A DNA stretch of 21,360 nt from Terrimicrobiaceae bacterium. Its GTDB lineage: Bacteria > Verrucomicrobiota > Verrucomicrobiia > Chthoniobacterales > Terrimicrobiaceae. Each line of letters opens with the position of its first letter. The first letter of the stretch is position 1. The DNA is taken from the NCBI GenBank assembly GCA_044342325.1, contig JBIIPZ010000043.1, positions 1-21,360 on the forward strand. Reading direction: 5' to 3'. This document shows positions 1 to 6,306 of this stretch, in pieces. The translations under genes and the position numbers were made by a program. The notes beneath the pieces are model-generated. The model was not told the origin of the DNA. It made no database searches and saw only the letters and a list, made by a program, of their open reading frames with translations.

Positions 1-103
1 CATCCAGTGCGATGAAGAGTTGCGAGACGACTTCCATGAGAGAGCCATAGGCTATTTCCAAGAAGTGCCCGAAATCGGCGTCGGAATTCCGCCCCGAGCC
101 TTC
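1..103 (-). pseudogene. Four-helix-bundle (23S rRNA IVP-like) gene, 3' part, running off the window edge
   Basis: Manual translation from 103 down gives EGSGRNSDADFGHFLEIAYGSLMEVVSQLFIALD, the typical second half of this family; it continues the fragment at 381-533. Confidence 0.85.
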
Positions 104-380
104 CCTCTGGCGCGTAGCTAGCAGTGCTATTCCACAAGCCATTTTTGTCTTTTACCTCTGGATTTTTTCAATTGCCGTTCGAAATATCTTGCCTGCTCTC
201 TGGTTGGAAATTGCTCAATTTTGAGTTCACTCCAAGGTCCATCGCAAGCGGTAGAATGGACGGCATTTTTGTTGTGCAGATGGAGTCGCCTCGAAAAATC
301 GCTCGTTTGTCCGATGTAAATTCGTCCAGACTGATTGCGGATGGCATAGACACAAAACATCAGGCACCTACGGGGCGGAG
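104..380 (-). mobile_element. 277-bp insertion carrying a GIY-YIG gene, splitting the four-helix-bundle gene between ...SSNIA and EGSG...
   Basis: Removing 104-380 rejoins ATC GCG|GAA GGC and restores the conserved NIAEG motif in frame. Confidence 0.8.
127..360 (-). CDS. Small GIY-YIG nuclease family protein
   Basis: VYAI...IYIGQTSDFSRRL..HN...GPW...A..FE..LK matches the stand-alone GIY-YIG pattern. Confidence 0.85.
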   Translation of the reverse strand: MFCVYAIRNQSGRIYIGQTSDFSRRLHLHNKNAVHSTACDGPWSELKIEQFPTREQARYFERQLKKSRGKRQKWLVE

Positions 381-533
381 CGCGATGTTTGAACTAACCG
401 ACGTCGATGCCCGCCGGATTTGTGGTAGGAGCGCGAACTGCTCTTCCTTGGGAAATTTGCGGCTGACAGCATAGACTTGCCGATTGAACTGACGGGCGAG
501 TTGCCATGCCTCGATGCGCTCGAACCGAAATTC
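381..533 (-). pseudogene. Four-helix-bundle gene, 5' part (no in-frame ATG found)
   Basis: Manual translation EFRFERIEAWQLARQFNRQVYAVSRKFPKEEQFALLPQIRRASTSVSSNIA; the upstream frame is open to a TAA at 609-611 without an ATG. Confidence 0.8.
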
Positions 534-546
534 CCGCCTGCTTGCT

Positions 547-574
547 CTCGTCCCTCGACGCTCGTCCCTCGTCG
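547..574. repeat. Degenerate 7-bp tandem repeat, about 4 units (CTCGTCC/CTCGACG)
   Basis: ctcgtcc ctcgacg ctcgtcc ctcgtcg at the 5' end of the four-helix-bundle gene. Confidence 0.8.
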
Positions 575-663
575 CCTGCTTTGCTACATCACTAATTATT
601 TGACATAATTAACAGAATTTCAAAATTTTATAGGAACACCCTTAAATTCACCCAGAAAACCAT

Positions 664-861
664 TCAACTTGCGAGGGCGTAGTCGATGGCTTTGGGGTTA
701 TCGACCCTTTTGCTGGCATTGAGGATTTCAAGTCCGACAATATTTCCTTCGATATCATAATCTAAAATAACGCCGGGCTTGGCTTCGTCGCTTTCTTCCA
801 CCGCTGCATCGCTCAAAATGATCGTGAGCGCATCAACTTCGGGATCATAGGTTACTTTCAT
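664..861 (-). CDS. DUF2283 family protein (putative antitoxin)
   Basis: MKVTYDPEVDALTI...GVILDYD..GNIVGLEILNASK is the characteristic pattern; overlaps the upstream partner by ATGA. Confidence 0.9.
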   Translation of the reverse strand: MKVTYDPEVDALTIILSDAAVEESDEAKPGVILDYDIEGNIVGLEILNASKRVDNPKAIDYALAS

Positions 862-1121
862 ATTTTCCAGTATTTTTTGATTTTTGATGTTCGATAAATT
901 GTCACGATATTTTTAGGATTCGCGGCGTCGTTGATAATCGCTCGCAAGAGACCTGGCTTGCCATTCTTCGTGCTCAGGCATTGGTAGCACACAAGTCCTC
1001 CATGCGCTTCCACTATTTGGTCCGGATGGTTCATGAGCGATTCGACCTGCTCAAGAGAAATTTGACGCCGAGCCATTTCCTCAACGGCATGCTTGGAGAT
1101 AGTGAAGTTCAAACCCAGCAA
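858..1121 (-). CDS. DUF4258 family protein (putative toxin partner of DUF2283)
   Basis: ISKHAVEEMARRQI...IVTIYRTSKIKKYW; this family is commonly paired with DUF2283. Start codon uncertain. Confidence 0.8.
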   Translation of the reverse strand: MLGLNFTISKHAVEEMARRQISLEQVESLMNHPDQIVEAHGGLVCYQCLSTKNGKPGLLRAIINDAANPKNIVTIYRTSKIKKYWKI

Positions 1122-1161
1122 TTTTTTACTCGTGACCCGCTACAGCCGACTCCGTCGGCTT

Positions 1162-1242
1162 CCCATACCAAAGCGACTTCTTCAGCGACCGACAGAATTT
1201 CTTCGAAACGCCTTCGACTCGGACTAGGACTTCGTCGTCCGA
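1162..1242 (-). pseudogene. Truncated Wzt N-terminus, second subfamily (no ATG)
   Basis: Manual translation SDDEVLVRVEGVSKKFCRSLKKSLWYG, a recognisable N-terminus of polysaccharide ABC ATP-binding proteins; ends at the hairpin 1144-1160. Confidence 0.75.
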
Positions 1243-1244
1243 GT

Positions 1245-1292
1245 GAGTAACGGGTGGCGGGTAACGGGTGGCGGGTGAAGAAGTAACGGGTG
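1245..1292. repeat. Degenerate 7-bp repeat tract (GTAACGG/GTGGCGG on +)
   Basis: gagtaacgggtggcgggtaacgggtggcgggtgaagaagtaacgggtg. Confidence 0.8.
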
Positions 1293-1293
1293 C

Positions 1294-1515
1294 CTAGTTT
1301 GTTGCCAGGGCTTTCGATCGGACTTGGATAATGGAGGCGAGCGCCCGCAATGAATCATTCACCGATTTTGAGTCCGGAAATGCTTCCGCGATATTGGGCT
1401 CCAACAAAATCAAATTCGTGCCTTGCTTGTAGAGCTTGGTGTATTTGCCTTTGACACCGGAGCTGAAATCATACTCGGCGAGCATCGTTTCCTTTTTAGC
1501 TTTTGGCTTTTTCAT
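1294..1515 (-). CDS. BrnA-like antitoxin
   Basis: MLAEYDFSSGVKGKY...LEPNIAEAFPDSKSVNDSLRAL; overlaps the BrnT gene. Confidence 0.8.
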   Translation of the reverse strand: MKKPKAKKETMLAEYDFSSGVKGKYTKLYKQGTNLILLEPNIAEAFPDSKSVNDSLRALASIIQVRSKALATN

Positions 1516-1780
1516 ATTGCTTTCTTTCTTTACGGCTTGCTGGCCGCGCGCTGGTGATTCTCAAATGGTTGCCTCTTTCCGTATGGATAACAATAAGCAA
1601 ACGCGCATTTTGTGACATTCCCATGGTAATGAATCTAGGTTCTTTTTGCGAATGCTTGAAGTCCGGGATGGTGATCGATTGCTCATCTCCAAAGATTGTG
1701 CCTGCTTCGGTGAATGCAACTCCATGTTTGATGGCATTTGCGGTCGCTTTATTATCATCCCACTCGAAAATTAGGCCCAT
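1496..1780 (-). CDS. brnT: BrnT family toxin (DUF497)
   Basis: FEWDDNKATANAIKHGVAF.EA..IF.D...HS..EPRF...RITSARPASRKERKQYE; ATG at 1780. Confidence 0.92.
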   Translation of the reverse strand: MGLIFEWDDNKATANAIKHGVAFTEAGTIFGDEQSITIPDFKHSQKEPRFITMGMSQNARLLIVIHTERGNHLRITSARPASRKERKQYEKAKS

Positions 1781-1788
1781 GGAGTTTT

Positions 1789-1830
1789 TTGCCAAATCTG
1801 CAAGTCTTCAAAGTTTTCTGCAAATCCCAT
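1789..1830 (-). pseudogene. 14-codon 5' stub of a four-helix-bundle gene, near-identical to the start of 3901-4260
   Basis: Encodes MGFAENFEDLQIWQ, then runs out of frame into brnT. Confidence 0.9.
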
Positions 1831-1860
1831 ACTAGTTACCGGTTACGCGTTACCCGCAAC
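1831..1860. repeat. Degenerate 7-bp repeat tract (GTAACNN on -) before the four-helix-bundle stub
   Basis: actagttaccggttacgcgttacccgcaac, paralleling 4261-4290. Confidence 0.75.
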
Positions 1861-1944
1861 ATCGCTCCAAGCGAGAAGTTCATTTTCTCTCATTTTTGAC
1901 AGAACTCACTTCTGCGGAATGCGATCCCATTCGAGCTTTGATCT

Positions 1945-2196
1945 TCAATCGGCAAGGCTGATATCGACCACCATCACTTTGCGCACTGGAGAATCCACCC
2001 AGTAGGTGATGGCGTATTTGCCGACAATTTTGATCTGAAGTTCCCGCAGCGTAGCATCTTTTTCCACAAAGTCACCGAGTTGGTCTGGTTGACGCTTGAG
2101 GCTTTCTGGGAATTCGAATATTAACCGTCTTTGCAAACCTGCCCTCGGCACAACTCCCTGCAGAAGGTCCGAGTGCACAAAAACCTCATAGTTCAT
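1945..2196 (-). CDS. RelE/ParE-like toxin (putative)
   Basis: 83 aa, MNYEVFV...VGKYAITYWVD..VRKVMVVDI resembles the RelE C-terminal pattern; TGATG overlap with the upstream gene. Confidence 0.6.
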   Translation of the reverse strand: MNYEVFVHSDLLQGVVPRAGLQRRLIFEFPESLKRQPDQLGDFVEKDATLRELQIKIVGKYAITYWVDSPVRKVMVVDISLAD

Positions 2197-2399
2197 CAGG
2201 CGCCTTGGCCCTTGGTTCGAATTGCGAAGTCTTCCAAGCTGACCCAATTTCTCTCGTCGCGATCCTGCACTCGGCGTTCTAGAGACGAGGACTCCTGAGA
2301 ATTATTCTTGCGCCACAAGCTGAACAGCAAAGCGGATAACTCTTTCTGCTCTTTGAAGGACAGTGCAACTACTTCTTTTTTTAATTCCTCATAGCTCAT
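2196..2399 (-). CDS. Putative addiction-module antitoxin
   Basis: 67 aa, MSYEELKKEVVALSFKEQKELSALL...WVSLEDF; coupled to the RelE-like gene. Confidence 0.6.
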   Translation of the reverse strand: MSYEELKKEVVALSFKEQKELSALLFSLWRKNNSQESSSLERRVQDRDERNWVSLEDFAIRTKGQGA

Positions 2400-2502
2400 A
2401 ATCTTTAATATCTCTGATTGGTTTTTTATTTCAAATCGAATTTTGCCAAAGCATTTTTTTGGGAATTGCGCGTCGCCGACGGCCAAGACTTTTATCCGAG
2501 GA

Positions 2503-2672
2503 ATTCACATCATGAGCCAGCGACCCCGCCCCCACTTCCCCGAGACGGTAGAGCTTGTGACCCACGCAGTGGGGAACCTGCGCGGGAGACTACCGAATGT
2601 AGCTTTTAGGGTGAGACGCCGAGGGCAAGGCGCGAATCAAATGTTTTCAACGCGAATTACAGTGTCGGACAT
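2503..2672 (-). pseudogene. Truncated wzt 5' end interrupted by a palindromic element
   Basis: MSDTVIRVENI [insert ~2560-2640] KLYRLGEVGAGSLAHDVN; homology then stops. Confidence 0.9.
2560..2640 (+). mobile_element. Palindromic ~81-bp insertion element, degenerate copy
   Basis: Closely matches 7597-7679 (ACCCA...GCGCGGGAGACTACCGAA...GTGAGACGCCGAGGGCAAGGCGCGAATCAA), with damaged hairpins. Confidence 0.8.
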
Positions 2673-2721
2673 AGGGCGGAAGAAGTAGCGTGTGGCGAGG
2701 GGCGAGGCTGGCGGTCGCGCC

Positions 2722-2916
2722 TCAGGCTGCGGCCAATACTTTCGAATCGATCAAATGGGCCAGGGCACTCACCAATTGGTTCTTTTGCTTAACAATAGAT
2801 TGTCCGTGATGGACTTTCTTCTCCAAGCAGATGCCCAGAGTTGCTTCACTCACGCGGATCAGTCGATTTCCCTCGGCCAAGCGGGTCATTTCGATTTTTA
2901 GGTTTTCGATTTTCAT
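2722..2916 (-). CDS. Small hypothetical protein, partner of 2921-3277
   Basis: 64-aa ORF with ATG 4 bp after the upstream stop; no family recognised. Confidence 0.6.
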   Translation of the reverse strand: MKIENLKIEMTRLAEGNRLIRVSEATLGICLEKKVHHGQSIVKQKNQLVSALAHLIDSKVLAAA

Positions 2917-2920
2917 AAGG

Positions 2921-3277
2921 TTAAAATCCCATTTTTTCAATCCAACTCAACATAATTTCTGGCGTTGGGTATCCATACTGCAGATAAGCCTCTTGAGCCA
3001 ATTTTTCAAATCCCGATTCATTCAACTCCATGACGGATTCCGGTGGTTCATCCAACGCGACAGCAAGAGACTCCAAAACTTCATGATAAATCGAGATGCC
3101 TACCTCCCTCTCGTTCAAATCGCTGGAAATCTGAATCGTGATTCGCTTTCCTTCAATAATGGCTTTCGCGAGCGCAGGTCTGCCGATCGGATCGAGCATT
3201 TTTCCCTCAACCCCGACAATCTCCGAAATGAAGTGCCCGGATGGAAAATTGAGATTCGCAAAAGCCTCAAAGTTCAT
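2921..3277 (-). CDS. Hypothetical protein with a HExxE (zincin/ImmA-IrrE-like) motif
   Basis: ISIYHEVLE preceded by ITIQISSDLNERE; ATGA overlap with the upstream ORF. Confidence 0.65.
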   Translation of the reverse strand: MNFEAFANLNFPSGHFISEIVGVEGKMLDPIGRPALAKAIIEGKRITIQISSDLNEREVGISIYHEVLESLAVALDEPPESVMELNESGFEKLAQEAYLQYGYPTPEIMLSWIEKMGF

Positions 3278-3543
3278 TTCGTGTCCTCCACCCGAATCAC
3301 CACATCACGATCACTCATCCCCCCCCAACTTGAAGTCACAGATTGTGATTTCAAGTTTGAGACCTCCTCGGCCGTGAGTTGAAACATGAAGCTGCTTGGA
3401 AATCTTGCAGGGTTTCGTTTAACCGCTTGATTCAAAGCGCGTGTTTCAACGCCGTAAATCTCAGCAAGGTCCGAAGCGAGCATAACCTTCTCACCCCTTA
3501 TGGAGTGAATTCGGCTTTGGAGCAGTTGTAATTCTTGCGACAT
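3274..3543 (-). CDS. Truncated ORF6N-domain protein fused in frame to a wzt start
   Basis: IRGEKVMLASDLAEIYGVETRALNQAVKRNPARFP..FMFQLTAEE...SSWGG is ORF6N, cut before the usual PYAFTE segment and followed by MSDRDVVIRVE. Confidence 0.85.
   Translation of the reverse strand: MSQELQLLQSRIHSIRGEKVMLASDLAEIYGVETRALNQAVKRNPARFPSSFMFQLTAEEVSNLKSQSVTSSWGGMSDRDVVIRVEDTK
3285..3318 (-). pseudogene. 11-codon wzt 5' stub (MSDRDVVIRVE)
   Basis: 31/34 nt identical to the start at 6894; all three differences are synonymous third positions. Confidence 0.9.
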
Positions 3544-3550
3544 TTTAGTC

Positions 3551-3578
3551 AAAAAGCAAGTTGCATCATTTGCTTTTT
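3551..3578. promoter_or_regulatory. Inverted repeat, possible operator upstream of the ORF6N gene
   Basis: AAAAAGCAA-N10-TTGCTTTTT ending 7 bp before the ATG at 3543. Confidence 0.4.
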
Positions 3579-3588
3579 ATCCGAAGTG

Positions 3589-3678
3589 ATTTACATCATG
3601 CGCGGGCGACCCAGTCCCCACCTAACCGAGACGGTAGAGCTTGCATAAATTTTCAACGCGAATAACGGTGTCGGACAT
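3589..3678 (-). pseudogene. Truncated wzt 5' end with a nonsense codon
   Basis: MSDTVIRVENLCKLYRLG*VGTGSPAHDVN. Confidence 0.9.
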
Positions 3679-3701
3679 GGGAAGAGGCGAAGAAGTAACG
3701 G

Positions 3702-3774
3702 GTGGCGAGTGGCGAGTGGCGAGTGGCGAGTGGCGAGTGGCGAGTGGCGAGTGGCGAGTGGCGAGTGGCGAGTG
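3702..3774. repeat. Perfect tandem repeat (GTGGCGA)x10 plus GTG
   Basis: Ten exact units counted from 3702 to 3771; degenerate units continue to about 3822. Confidence 0.97.
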
Positions 3775-3900
3775 CGGAGGCGCCTGCGGCGCTTGTAGCG
3801 GGTAACTGGTGGCGGGTGGCGAGATTTCCGCCTTCGGCGGATTGCTTTTGACCATTAACCCGCAACTCGCTACTCGTTACCGCCAGCTTTGCTGGCGCGG

Positions 3901-4260
3901 TTATTGTTGCGAGCGCAATTTTGAGGCGAGTGCACCGATCGATTTGGAGAGGTCTTTGTATTCGGAGCGTAGTCGCTCGGCAGCAGATTGGCAAAGGTAG
4001 GAGCGATCTTCAGCAAGATAGAGCATGGAGCGAACTTCGCCGGATGAGCCTTTTGAAGGGTCCAGAAAGTGTGCAAAGTCTTTCTTCGTCCGTCGCTCAA
4101 AGCCTTCCGCTATGTTATTCATGACCGAGACAGACGCTCGCTGAATTTGGCTACGGAATTCGAAATCGCGGATTTTCTCAAAGGCGTCGTAAATCTCATT
4201 GGTCAAAACGCGTGAACGTTGCCAAATTTGCAAGTCTTCAAAATTTTCCGCAAATCCCAT
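3901..4260 (-). CDS. Four-helix-bundle protein (23S rRNA IVP-like, TIGR02436 type)
   Basis: FEDLQIWQ...DFEFRSQIQRASVSVMNNIAEGFERRTKKDFAHFL..SKGSSGEVRSMLYLAED. Confidence 0.95.
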   Translation of the reverse strand: MGFAENFEDLQIWQRSRVLTNEIYDAFEKIRDFEFRSQIQRASVSVMNNIAEGFERRTKKDFAHFLDPSKGSSGEVRSMLYLAEDRSYLCQSAAERLRSEYKDLSKSIGALASKLRSQQ

Positions 4261-4307
4261 ACTCGTTACCAGTTACTCGTAACTCGCTACAGCCGACTCC
4301 GTCGGCT
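4261..4307. repeat. Degenerate 7-bp tract plus the AGCCGAC-TCC-GTCGGCT hairpin; block shared with 1127-1160
   Basis: TTACTCGT(A/G)AC(T/C)CGCTACAGCCGACTCCGTCGGCTT occurs at both sites. Confidence 0.85.
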
Positions 4308-4383
4308 TTAGTGTTCATTTTCTCTCATTTTCGCGAAATTGCTTCGCGATCAACTTTTTTAAGAATTTCAGAATGTCTGCTTT

Positions 4384-5061
4384 TTAAAATCCAAATCTTT
4401 CGAAAATTTCACTCCCGGGCTTACCTACAACCACATCGATCGGAAACAACTTGCCGGTGAAGTCGCGCAAGATGTTTTTGAGATTTGCATCCAAGACCAT
4501 CAAATCGAGTTCCTTGTTATAGAATGCCGCGACATCGGCGACGGAGCTTTTTTGAAACCCGAGCGACTCGAAGTATTCAACCACATCGGCTTCCGTAACG
4601 TCGGCCAAATCGCCGCTTTCGGCAATCCATGGTTGTGAAGTGACGATGCGGACATTACCTTCGGTGGCGAGGATGCCTTGGAGGAGTATATTGTCGCCAA
4701 AGATTTGGTTGTGATGAATGAGGCGCTGAAGATATTCGCTTGGTAGCGCGCTTTGGCCTTCACCGATCAAGGAGTGCCCGAACCGGCCGTCTCGCGTGAC
4801 CTTGATGGCACATTGGCTGAATTGATCAAAAAAGACCTCGTGCTCGGCACCGGATGAAACCGGCTTGAATTTCTGCAAGAAATCTTCGCTCAGGCAGTAG
4901 CCAGATCGTGTGGCCCACTCCGCGAAGATGACGACTTCGTGTTGGAAACTCCATCGCCGCGAGCGTCCACCCGGCGGCACTGCTCCAAGGCTTTCTCGTA
5001 GGAAGTCCAGGGCTGATTGCAGCGGGCTTTCCGGGTTTCCTCGGCTTTTTTCAGAATCCAT
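4384..5061 (-). CDS. Putative kinase of the polyvalent-protein type (Kinase-PolyVal-like)
   Basis: Motifs SGAEHEV, AIKVT, EYLQRL..HNQIFGD, VTSQPWI, DANLKN, FPID; ATG at 5061 preferred. Confidence 0.7.
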   Translation of the reverse strand: MDSEKSRGNPESPLQSALDFLRESLGAVPPGGRSRRWSFQHEVVIFAEWATRSGYCLSEDFLQKFKPVSSGAEHEVFFDQFSQCAIKVTRDGRFGHSLIGEGQSALPSEYLQRLIHHNQIFGDNILLQGILATEGNVRIVTSQPWIAESGDLADVTEADVVEYFESLGFQKSSVADVAAFYNKELDLMVLDANLKNILRDFTGKLFPIDVVVGKPGSEIFERFGF

Positions 5062-5090
5062 TCGATTGAAAGTTTCATAGGACAACAATA

Positions 5091-5121
5091 TTGACTATGC
5101 GATGGGGACTATGGTTGTCAA
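5091..5121 (-). promoter_or_regulatory. Possible promoter/operator for the kinase gene
   Basis: TTGACA on the minus strand; TTGAC...GTCAA inverted ends enclosing two GACTATG direct repeats. Confidence 0.35.
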
Positions 5122-5181
5122 CCTTTGGCTCTGAGCATGGCTGGCGACATCCTTCATTTTGCGCAGGCATTTTTTTTGGAA

Positions 5182-5208
5182 TTCAACGCGAATTACGGTT
5201 TCAGACAT
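5182..5208 (-). pseudogene. 9-codon wzt 5' stub (MSETVIRVE)
   Basis: ATGTCTGAAACCGTAATTCGCGTTGAA matches the starts at 2672, 3678 and 7711; preceded by a heptamer tract. Confidence 0.85.
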
Positions 5209-5215
5209 GGGAAGT

Positions 5216-5247
5216 AGAGTCGAGGGACGAGGGGCGAGAGTCGAGGG
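5216..5247. repeat. Degenerate 7-bp tract (GAGTCGA/GGGACGA on +)
   Basis: gagtcga gggacga ggggcga gagtcga ggg. Confidence 0.8.
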
Positions 5248-5278
5248 CTGGCGGAAGGTGTGGAGTTGCCAAACCGCG

Positions 5279-5617
5279 TCAGGATGCTGTGTATTTTTTT
5301 AGAAGGCCGCCGAGTTCTACTGCATCGCGGCTTGCGATTCCCCAAATCAAATTCGTATCAACTCCAAAATAGTCATGCACAATACGATGCCTCAATCCAA
5401 CAATCCGGGGCCATGGAATGTCTGGATAGAGTTTACGCGCTTCATCATCCATTTGCCGTGCCGCTTCCCCCACTATTTCCAAGTTGCGGGTCACAGCATC
5501 GATGGTTTTTTGATCATTCAAAAAGGTATCCGCATCCATTCCCTGGATGTAGGCGGAAATCCGTTCTAATGCTGTGTAGATGTCTTGAACGAGAATAGCT
5601 GTATCCCTTTTAGGCAT
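5279..5617 (-). CDS. HEPN/DUF86 ribonuclease toxin (HepT-like)
   Basis: DAVTRNLEIVGEAA...IPW..IVGLRHRIVHDYFGVD..LIW with an RX4H motif. Confidence 0.93.
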   Translation of the reverse strand: MPKRDTAILVQDIYTALERISAYIQGMDADTFLNDQKTIDAVTRNLEIVGEAARQMDDEARKLYPDIPWPRIVGLRHRIVHDYFGVDTNLIWGIASRDAVELGGLLKKYTAS

Positions 5618-5897
5618 AAGTTACATCCGGTTCGATCGTCTTCCATCTGGCGGGGTCGATGGCTCTCCGTGAAACAACATCAACAGGCACGCCAAAGGCT
5701 TGTTCGATCTCCGTGGCCAAATCAACAAATTGCAAACCTATTGAAGGATCCATATCTACGAGGACATCGACATCACTGTCGGGTCGCGCCTCGTTTCTCG
5801 CCATGGAACCGAAAATTCCGAGCTTGTGGACTTTATATCTTTTCCCCAAATCGGGCTTCAAACGCCCTAGAATCGATAGCGCAATGGATCGGTTCAT
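5610..5897 (-). CDS. Minimal nucleotidyltransferase antitoxin (MntA-like)
   Basis: LGIFGSMARNEARPDSDVDVLVD...VDVVS; paired with DUF86. Confidence 0.93.
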   Translation of the reverse strand: MNRSIALSILGRLKPDLGKRYKVHKLGIFGSMARNEARPDSDVDVLVDMDPSIGLQFVDLATEIEQAFGVPVDVVSRRAIDPARWKTIEPDVTYA

Positions 5898-6055
5898 TTC
5901 TTAATATCGGCGATTGAATACTCGGGTTCATCATCGCCATAACTCATGGCAAAATTTTTGAGGGCAACATCTGTCCATTCCCTGTTTTCACGAGCTTCTT
6001 CTTGTCGCCCTAGAGCAAATTGGACAAACCAGTCAGTGAGTTTTATCGCGCTCAT
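5894..6055 (-). CDS. 53-aa antitoxin-like small protein, not in the ORF track
   Basis: Manual translation MSAIKLTDWFVQFALGRQEEARENREWTDVALKNFAMSYGDDEPEYSIADIKK; ATGA overlap with the MNT start. Confidence 0.6.
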   Translation of the reverse strand: MSAIKLTDWFVQFALGRQEEARENREWTDVALKNFAMSYGDDEPEYSIADIKK

Positions 6056-6130
6056 AATTTGAAATTAGTGTTTGATGAACTGAGATTCAATGCTTTTTCG
6101 TGAGCCCTAGCACGGAGCCATTGATGGGAA

Positions 6131-6165
6131 GAGGCGTCGAGCGTCCAGGGCCGAGAGTCGAGAGC
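6131..6165. repeat. Degenerate 7-bp tract of the GAGTCGA family
   Basis: gcgtcga gcgtcca gggccga gagtcga gag. Confidence 0.7.
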
Positions 6166-6187
6166 ATCCGGTTAAAATGGGATTGAA

Positions 6188-6220
6188 CCCAGCCCCATTA
6201 TGCCCAATCAGTCCCAGGCA
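6188..6220 (-). pseudogene. Isolated Wzt Walker-A fragment (CLGLIGHNGAG)
   Basis: Matches the GECLGLIGHNGAGKST segment of Wzt proteins, cut before KST. Confidence 0.7.
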
Positions 6221-6306
6221 TTGATGCCGTCTCCTCCCGGAGTCCGGCACCTTGGTTGCACCAAGGCATTTCTTCGAAATCTCTTTTTCGGACCGTCCCA
6301 GGTTCC

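Noticed and set aside
104..380. Group I intron with a homing endonuclease
   Set aside because: Only about 43 bp lie outside the ORF, too little for a ribozyme core.
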